In this document: positions 57,464 through 64,000 of the stretch, piece after piece
How positions within the stretch are numbered: position 1 is the first letter of the stretch
Layout of the letters: each line of letters opens with the position of its first letter
Source: an uncultured delta proteobacterium
GTDB lineage: Bacteria > Myxococcota_A > Polyangia > Polyangiales > Polyangiaceae
Length of the DNA stretch: 64,000 nt
NCBI GenBank assembly: GCA_963806225.1
Contig: CAWDXG010000004.1
Location: 2,432,001-2,496,000, forward strand
Reading direction: 5' to 3'
Notes under the pieces: generated by a model
Database searches by the model: none
What the model saw: the letters and a program-made list of their open reading frames with translations, nothing else
What the model was told of the DNA's origin: nothing
Program-made: the position numbers and the translations under genes

Positions 57464-58927
57464 ATGAAAAACGAGGCAACGGCGCCGCAGTTCGACCGCG
57501 ACTACCCATTGCTCGCCGCGCTGCGCCGCGATCGCCCGCGGGAGATCGGTGACTTCGAGCGTGCGATCGAGATGTCGCGACGCTTCCGCCGCAGCGTGGT
57601 CGAACCGAACGCACTGGCGATCGACCGCCGCGCGATGCAGGACCCACGCTGGGTAGCCGAGGAAGTGCTGCGGGAAGCGGGCCGCTACGGCTTCTTCAGC
57701 ATGATGGTGCCGCGGACCTTCGGCGGCGCGGGGTTCGCGTTCGGCGCCATGATCGTCGGCATGGAGGAGCTCGCGGCGGGATGCCTCGGCATCGCCAATC
57801 TGCTCGCGGTGCACGGCCTGGCGTTCGCCATGGTGGCCGCCACCGGTGACCTGCCCGCGGTTGAGCGCGTCAGCCGTATGCTCGTGGAGAGCGAGCGCGA
57901 GGGGACGCCGCGGCTGCTTTCGACGGGCATCACGGAGCCGTCCGCGGGAACCGACGTCGAGGATGTGGATCTTCTCCGGAGCGCGCACCTCGATTGCGAG
58001 GCACAACCCGTGCGCGGCGGCTACCGTCTACGCGGCCGCAAGGTGTTTATCAGCAACGGAAGCATCGCCCACACGCACGTGGTGCTCATGCCGACACACC
58101 GCGGCGATCCGGTAAACACGACGTTCGCGTTCCTGGTCGAGAGCGGCACGGCGGGCTTCAGCGTCGGGCGCGTCGAGCGCAAGATGGGTCAGAAGGCCTG
58201 CCCCGCCGCGGAGCTCGTCTTCGACGATTGCTTCGTGCCGGAGACGGCGCGCATCGGCCATCGGCCGATACCGGGCCGGCAGCTCGAGCTGGTTCTCGGC
58301 GCGACCCGCGGAGGCGTCGCGGCGTGGGGCGCGGGCGTCGCGCGGGGTGCCTATGAACGGGCTCTCGCCTTCGCGCGCTCCAACCGCGTCGGTGGCCGCT
58401 GGTTGATCGACGAACAGTGGGTCCAGCTGCGGCTTGCGGACATGCTCGGACACGTGATGACCGCGCGCTCGGCCTACGTCGAGGCCCTGTTGTCGAATGA
58501 GCTGTTCGGGCTGTCGTCATTGGTGGCGGGCAGCCGCGTGCAGGAGCTGTTGATGCGGCACCTGCCGCAACCGGTGCTCGACAGCAGCGCCACCCAACGC
58601 CTCATCGGCTCTCGGCGTTCCCGGCAGCGCATGCGCCGCGCCGTCGACGAGCTGGCGGACTGGAAGGTCGACGCCTCGTCCGCCACCGGTGCCGCGGCGA
58701 AGGTCTCGGCCACCGAGCTCGGCATGGAGAACTGCCACCTGGCGCTGGACATCATGGGGGCCGCCGGACTCCGCCATGACCAGGGCATGGAGAAGCTCTA
58801 TCGCGACGCCAAGCTGCTCACGATCTACGAAGGCACGAACCAGCTGAACCGCATCGAGCTGTACAAGAAGGGCATTGCGCGGAACGGCGGTCACCCCGGG
58901 GCGCGCTTCGAATCGGCACCGTCATGA
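57464..58927 (+). CDS. Acyl-CoA dehydrogenase with C-terminal insertion
   Basis: ITEPSAGTD, GRKVFISNG, ERKMGQK, EKLYRDAKLLTIYEGTNQ. Confidence 0.9.
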   Translation: MKNEATAPQFDRDYPLLAALRRDRPREIGDFERAIEMSRRFRRSVVEPNALAIDRRAMQDPRWVAEEVLREAGRYGFFSMMVPRTFGGAGFAFGAMIVGMEELAAGCLGIANLLAVHGLAFAMVAATGDLPAVERVSRMLVESEREGTPRLLSTGITEPSAGTDVEDVDLLRSAHLDCEAQPVRGGYRLRGRKVFISNGSIAHTHVVLMPTHRGDPVNTTFAFLVESGTAGFSVGRVERKMGQKACPAAELVFDDCFVPETARIGHRPIPGRQLELVLGATRGGVAAWGAGVARGAYERALAFARSNRVGGRWLIDEQWVQLRLADMLGHVMTARSAYVEALLSNELFGLSSLVAGSRVQELLMRHLPQPVLDSSATQRLIGSRRSRQRMRRAVDELADWKVDASSATGAAAKVSATELGMENCHLALDIMGAAGLRHDQGMEKLYRDAKLLTIYEGTNQLNRIELYKKGIARNGGHPGARFESAPS

Positions 58928-59946
58928 AAAGCGACGAACAGGTCCTGCTGGAAACCGCCGTGCGCCGCTTCGCCGAGCGCGGGATCGCGCCGCACCTGGA
59001 CGATTTGAATCACTATCCCGATCGTCCTCTGCCAGAAGGCTTTCTGGCCGGACTCGGCGAGCTCGGTCTGCTCGATATCGAGCCCCGGACCGGCGTCGGG
59101 CTTCTCGCGAGCGCGCTCCGGGAGCTCGCCTACGCGGCGGCTGCACCGGCGGCGCTCGTGTTCGCACACGCGCTTGGGCGGCATCTCGTGCTGGAGGCCG
59201 GGCGCGAGGCCACGGGCCTGTGCGCCTATCCGATCTACGGCGAACAAGAAGCGCCGGAGCTCCACTACGTGGAAGACCGCGACGCGCTCGTGGTCGACGG
59301 CACCTGTCAACTGGTCGCCGGCGCGCCGTTCGCGGAAACGCTGGTGTTGCCCGCCTCCGGCCCCGACGGCGTGGCGCTGCTGGTGCTGCAACCCGGAACA
59401 GCTGGGCTCGAGGTCGGAAGCCCCCTGCTCACGCTCGGCATGCGCGGCTGCCCGACCGCCGACGTGTCACTGTCCGCAGCGCCGGTGACCGCAGATCGGC
59501 TGGTACGGAACGCGGGCGCTCTCTTCGACCGCGCACACGCGCTGTTCCGCGCTCCGGCGGCAGCGATTGCCGCGGGAGTCCTGGCGCGCTCGATCCGCAC
59601 GGCAACGGAGTACGCGAGGGAGCGCTACCAGGGCGGCCAGAACATCATCGACCACCAGGAAGTGCGCCGTCTGCTCGCCGGCATGCTGGCAGACGAGGAG
59701 CTTTGCCGGAGCGCGGTCGAGCGTCTACCCGACGGCACAGCCGAACCCGCCGCGACCGAGCTCTTCCTCAGGGCCAAGGAGCGCGCCGCGCGTGCCACAT
59801 GCGACGGCGTCCAGCTCCTCGGCGGCTACGGCTACATGGAAGACTACGGCCAGGAGCGCTGCATGCGTGACGCCAAGCAGGCCGAGTATCTGCTGGGCCG
59901 TCCGGAAATGCTCCGGCAGCAGGCGATGGAGCGCTGGCTCGCGTAG
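58924..59946 (+). CDS. Short, degenerate acyl-CoA dehydrogenase-family protein
   Basis: LGMRGCP, YARERYQGG, QLLGGYGYMEDY...RDAK are present; TEP.AGSD and YEGT are absent; ATGA overlap with the upstream ACAD. Confidence 0.85.
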   Translation: MKSDEQVLLETAVRRFAERGIAPHLDDLNHYPDRPLPEGFLAGLGELGLLDIEPRTGVGLLASALRELAYAAAAPAALVFAHALGRHLVLEAGREATGLCAYPIYGEQEAPELHYVEDRDALVVDGTCQLVAGAPFAETLVLPASGPDGVALLVLQPGTAGLEVGSPLLTLGMRGCPTADVSLSAAPVTADRLVRNAGALFDRAHALFRAPAAAIAAGVLARSIRTATEYARERYQGGQNIIDHQEVRRLLAGMLADEELCRSAVERLPDGTAEPAATELFLRAKERAARATCDGVQLLGGYGYMEDYGQERCMRDAKQAEYLLGRPEMLRQQAMERWLA

Positions 59947-60067
59947 AACTGTCCCGGACGAAAACACCCCGCCTTGACCGATGGCGGGAAAAGCGGCGTC
60001 CAGACCGGGAACAACTGTCCCGGTAGATGACATCCATCATCGCGCTCCGGGACTCCGGGGCTATCCT
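59947..60067 (+). promoter_or_regulatory. Regulatory region: direct repeat, inverted repeat, FNR-like box and -10 element
   Basis: AACTGTCCCGG at 59947 and 60013; ACCGGGA-N7-TCCCGGT at 60004-60024; ATGAC-ATCC-ATCAT at 60027-60040; TATCCT at 60062-60067. Confidence 0.5.
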
Positions 60068-60078
60068 GTTGGCGCCGC

Positions 60079-61473
60079 ATGATGCCCCACAAGGCGGCGC
60101 TCCCGCCCCTCGACACCCCGGCTCTAGCCAGACTGTTCGGCCAGCGCCGGGAGCTGCTCACCACCTGGCACCGGCTCTACGAGTCGAGCGTCGAGGCCGA
60201 GCCGCGCATCGACTCCGGCGACTTCGAGAGCGTGTTCGGGCGCGAGCTCGACGGACTGCGCAATCCGCAGCTGTGCGCACAACCCGAAGCGGTGCAGGCC
60301 ACGCTCCGCGCCACGGCGCTCTGCTTCGCCCGGCGGGGGATCCCACTGTCGCACCTGCTGTCGGCAGCAGCCGAAGCCGAAGCCGCCGTCCGCGAGACGC
60401 GCGGCAACCTGGGCACATCGGACCAGACCACGCTGACCCTGCTCGAGACCGCCCGGGCGCGCGCGTATTCGCGCGCGTACCTGGACTCGGATCGCAGCAC
60501 CTTGCCGAGCTGCAAGCGCTCGCTGGTGCCGCTGCGCACTCCACGCAGCGGCAAGCCCCAGGTGCCTGCGCTCGTCGGCGGCAGCACGGCCATGCGCCGG
60601 ATCCGCGACGCGATCGCCCTGGCGGCGGAAGGACCGGACAATATCCTGCTCGCCGGCGAGAGCGGTACGGGCAAGGAGCTCGTGGCGCGGGCCATCCACG
60701 AGGCTTCTGGACGAGGGCGGTTCATCGCCACCGATGCCAGCTCGCTTTCCGCCGGGCAGCCGTACGAGAGGCTCCACGGCCGCGCGTCCGCACCGGGGCT
60801 GCTCGCCGCGGCAGACCACGGCACGCTGTTCCTCGACGAGATCACCGATCTTTCGGCGGAAGTCCAGGCCGCGCTCTTGAGACTGCTCGAGGGCCGCCGC
60901 GTGCGGGCCGTAGGTGCGACTGAAGAAGTGCCGGTCGACGTGCGCGTTATCGCTTCGACGAGCCGCGACCCCGAGGCGGAGATGGCAAGCGGGCGCCTGC
61001 GCCGGGAGCTGTACTACCGCCTTTCGGCCTTCACGATGCGCCTGCCGCCGCTCCGCGAGCGCCGCGACGACGTCCCGGAGTTGGTCGAGCATTTCCTCGG
61101 AACCTTCTGCCACCGACGTTGCGGCTGTATCTGGGGTGTTTCGGAACCGGCCATGCGCGTGCTGACGGCGGCGCGCTGGCCAGGGAACGTCCGGCAGCTC
61201 CGCAACGCCGTGGAGCACGCCGTCACTCGCGGCGACAGTGCGCTCATCCAGATCGAGGATCTGCCGGCGGACCTGCAGGGCGGCGAGGTCGTCCTGCACC
61301 CGGCGATGCCAAATAGCCGTGAACGCGCCCTGCCAAGCCTCGCCGAGTCGGAGGCCGCGCTGATCCGCGAGACCCTGCGTCGCTTCGACGGCAACAAGGT
61401 GCGCACCGCGCAGTCGCTCGGTATCTCGCGCAACAAGCTGTACGACCGGCTGCGCAAGCTCGGGTTGAGCTGA
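60079..61473 (+). CDS. NtrC-like AAA+ / Fis-HTH transcriptional regulator lacking the GAFTGA loop
   Basis: GESGTGKELVARAIH, GTLFLDEI, ELYYRL, WPGNVRQLRN, GNKVRTAQSLGISRNKLY. Confidence 0.9.
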   Translation: MMPHKAALPPLDTPALARLFGQRRELLTTWHRLYESSVEAEPRIDSGDFESVFGRELDGLRNPQLCAQPEAVQATLRATALCFARRGIPLSHLLSAAAEAEAAVRETRGNLGTSDQTTLTLLETARARAYSRAYLDSDRSTLPSCKRSLVPLRTPRSGKPQVPALVGGSTAMRRIRDAIALAAEGPDNILLAGESGTGKELVARAIHEASGRGRFIATDASSLSAGQPYERLHGRASAPGLLAAADHGTLFLDEITDLSAEVQAALLRLLEGRRVRAVGATEEVPVDVRVIASTSRDPEAEMASGRLRRELYYRLSAFTMRLPPLRERRDDVPELVEHFLGTFCHRRCGCIWGVSEPAMRVLTAARWPGNVRQLRNAVEHAVTRGDSALIQIEDLPADLQGGEVVLHPAMPNSRERALPSLAESEAALIRETLRRFDGNKVRTAQSLGISRNKLYDRLRKLGLS

Positions 61474-61482
61474 CGCAATCTG

Positions 61483-62109
61483 TCAACGGAGCGCAGGATT
61501 CACGGTGTAGGTGCCGGTGACGGCGGCTTCACCGAGGATGTGACCATCCAGCGCGTTCATAACGGCGTCGCGATCGAACTCGCCCTGCACCGGGCACTTC
61601 TCGACATCCAGCGCGTACAGCGTGAAGCGGTAGCGGTGTATGAGCTCGTCGTTCCAGGGCGGCGCGGGTCCGTCGTAGCCGAACCAGGTGCCCTTCATGT
61701 TGTCGTCGGCCGCGAACCACATCGTGTAGTCGTTCTTGCCGTGGCGCGTGCCCCCGACACCCGCCGGCCCGCTCTTGCCGTGCGGCGTGACGCCCTTGCA
61801 GAACTCGCCTTCGGCAAGCGAACCCTTCGCAGGGTCGAGATCCACCAGCACCCAGTGCACGAAATTCGTCCTGGGAAGGCTGGCCGGAACGGTCATCCCT
61901 TCCTTGTTGACCTTCTCGGCACTGGTCGGCGCGTCCGGATCGACGCACGTCAGCACCAGCGATTTCGTCCCTTCGGGTAGATCCGCCCAGGCGATATGCG
62001 GGCTCAGATTGTCGGTGAACTCGACGTGGCTGTTGGGGTTCGGCTTGCACACCGCGAGCCGGTCCGGCATCGGCTCGCCATCCTTGAAGCTATCGCTCCA
62101 GATCCTCAT
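61483..62109 (-). CDS. YbhB/YbcL-family PEBP (Raf kinase inhibitor-like) protein
   Basis: NLSPHIAW, VDPDAP, FVHWVL, YDGPAPP, HRYRFTLYALD. Confidence 0.9.
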   Translation of the reverse strand: MRIWSDSFKDGEPMPDRLAVCKPNPNSHVEFTDNLSPHIAWADLPEGTKSLVLTCVDPDAPTSAEKVNKEGMTVPASLPRTNFVHWVLVDLDPAKGSLAEGEFCKGVTPHGKSGPAGVGGTRHGKNDYTMWFAADDNMKGTWFGYDGPAPPWNDELIHRYRFTLYALDVEKCPVQGEFDRDAVMNALDGHILGEAAVTGTYTVNPALR

Positions 62110-62195
62110 GGTTCCCTCCTCTTCAAACGCTGTGAAAAGTCACCCGGGCGACAGGCTGTGTCCGCCGAACGCCGAGCACAAGCCCGGACAAGCGG

Positions 62196-63939
62196 TCAGA
62201 CCGTGTCCCAGGCGAAGCGCTCGAGCTCGAAGGCGTGGACGGCGAGCGACTTGATGAGCTCGTCGTCGTTTTCCTCGATGGCAGCGAAGTTCTGCTTCAC
62301 GCGGCGCTTGGCTTGACCGGAGTAGATGCGGAGGATCTCGAGCTCCCGCGCAGACGCCTCGGCGCCCTTGTCCGCAAGCGCGGTATTCACCCGGCTCATC
62401 ACGCAGGCGAGAACGAACAGGTCGATCATGATCTCGGCCAGTCGCCGGGACGCGAACTGCTTGCCGATGATGTTCTTGCCGTGCTTGCGCAGGATGCGGT
62501 CTGCCGCGGAAGCCAGGTCCCGCGTTGCCTCCTCGAACACCGCTGCCTGGTCGGCAAGAGCGGGATCGAGCAGCGTGAAGCGGCTCTTCTCGCCGCCGAT
62601 GCCGGTCATGAGTGTGGCCTGCTTCATGGCGTATTCGCGCATGACGCCAAAGCCCTTGATGGGATCGCTGAACACGCCGCGTGCGCTCTCGGCCAGCGCT
62701 TTCAGCTGCGTCGCCACGTCGCTCATCCCGGTCAGCGCGATGAACAGTCGCAGGATGTCGTTCGTACCCTCGAAGATGCGGTTGATGCGACAGTCGCGCA
62801 GGATGCGCTCGTACGGGTACTCGCACATGTAGCCGTTGCCGCCGGCGATCTGCAGCGCCTCGTCCGCGGTGCGCCACAGCGCCTCGCTGGCGAATACCTT
62901 GCTGATGGCGGCCTCGACCGCGTAGTCCTCGTAGCCCCGGTCGATGAGCGCCGCGACCATGCTCACCGCCGCCTCGGCCGCGTAGCAGTCGACGACCATC
63001 TGGCCGACCTTCTGCTTGATCAGGCCGTAGCTCGAGATGGGCTGACCGAATTGCGAGCGTTCGTTCGCCTGCTTGGTCGCCATCTCGATGAGCTTCTTCA
63101 TGGCCCCGACCGAACCGCCGCCGAGACCGGTGCGTCCGCTGTTGAGGACGTGCATGGCCATCTTGAAGCCCTTGCCCACCTCGCCCAGCACGTGATCTGC
63201 CGGCACCTGCACGTTGTCGAGGATCAGCGTAGTCGTGGAGCTGGCGCGAAGGCCCATCTTGTCCTCGTGCGGACCGGAGCTCACGCCCTCCATGTCGCCG
63301 GTCACGATGAAGGCCGTGAGATGCGGGCGCCCACCGTCTTCGCCGGTCTTGGCGAACACGGTGAAGAAGTCCGCAATGCCGCCGTTCGTGATCCACAGCT
63401 TGTTGCCGTTGATAACCCAGTGGTCGCCCTCTTTCTCCGCACGAGTCTTGATCGATGCGGCATCGGAACCGGCTCCGGGCTCGGTCAGGCAGAAGGCAGC
63501 GATCATCTCGCCGGTGGCCAGCTTCGGATAGTAGCGCGCGCGCTGCTCCTCGGTGCCGTACAGCAGCAGGCCGCGCATGCCGATCGAGCTGTGCGCGCCG
63601 ATCGTGACCGCCGTCGAGGCGTCGTACTTCGCCACCTCCTGCAGGGTGCGCGAGTAGGCCGCGCTGCCGAAGCCGAGCCCGCCGTGCTCCTCGGGGATCA
63701 CCAGCCCGAACAGGCCGAACTGCCTGAGCTCCTCGATGTAGTCCGGCGGAAACTCGCCGGCACGGTCCCACTTGCGGAAGTCCTCCGCGTGCGGCTCGAG
63801 CAGCGAGTGCATCGGGATCGACCAGACTGCGGATCGTCTCGCGCTCCTGCTCGGCCATCTCCGGGAACGGCAGGATGACGTGCTCCTCGATTTCGCCCAT
63901 GCACAGCGAACGGATGAAGCTGATGCTGGTATCGACCAC
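62196..63939 (-). CDS. Long (VLCAD/ACAD9-like) acyl-CoA dehydrogenase; frameshift near 63815
   Basis: AGGAGG + GTG at 63939 gives MVDTSISF...; the frame changes at gat-ccc-gat into AFCLTEPGAGSDA, KLWITNG, RIFEGTN and a VLCAD-type C-terminal extension. Confidence 0.88.
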
Positions 63940-64000
63940 GATTGCCTCCTTGCGGCGGGGCCCGACAGACCCTGCCGCCTGGGTAGCACAGCGGCCCCGC

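Overview
A very GC-rich bacterial chromosomal segment, inferred to be Myxococcota (Polyangiaceae-like) from four eukaryote-type Ser/Thr kinases, many lipoproteins with Gly/Ser linkers and a receiver-PilZ protein. I saw no rRNA, tRNA, transposase, integrase or CRISPR array. Main blocks: (i) secreted glycoside hydrolases (GH73-, GH75-, GH5-like), a GST, a sulfatase and kinases (0-12 kb); (ii) a complete Rrf2-sufBCDSUT-A Fe-S operon with a perfect operator palindrome (12.6-19.2 kb); (iii) a hemerythrin-GNAT-tryptophanase operon (21.6-24.1 kb); (iv) a GMC oxidoreductase pair, two beta-helix lipoproteins, a LuxR regulator and an interrupted molybdopterin oxidoreductase (26.8-36.7 kb); (v) anaerobic aromatic catabolism: had-dch-tetR-bcrCBAD (class I, Thauera-type benzoyl-CoA reductase, no oah) and hcrCAB-mocA (38-53 kb); (vi) a STAND-type kinase, acyl-CoA dehydrogenases and an NtrC-like regulator lacking GAFTGA (53-64 kb). 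The most interesting signals are a shared CRP/FNR-like box (ATGAC-N4-RTCA) upstream of the bcr operon, the tryptophanase operon and the GAFTGA-less regulator, suggesting an anoxia regulon; a TetR-type palindrome before had; and an unexplained ~51-bp-period palindrome array upstream of hcrC. Several single-base frameshifts suggest sequencing or assembly errors. All family assignments are from motifs recognised by eye; no database searches were run.
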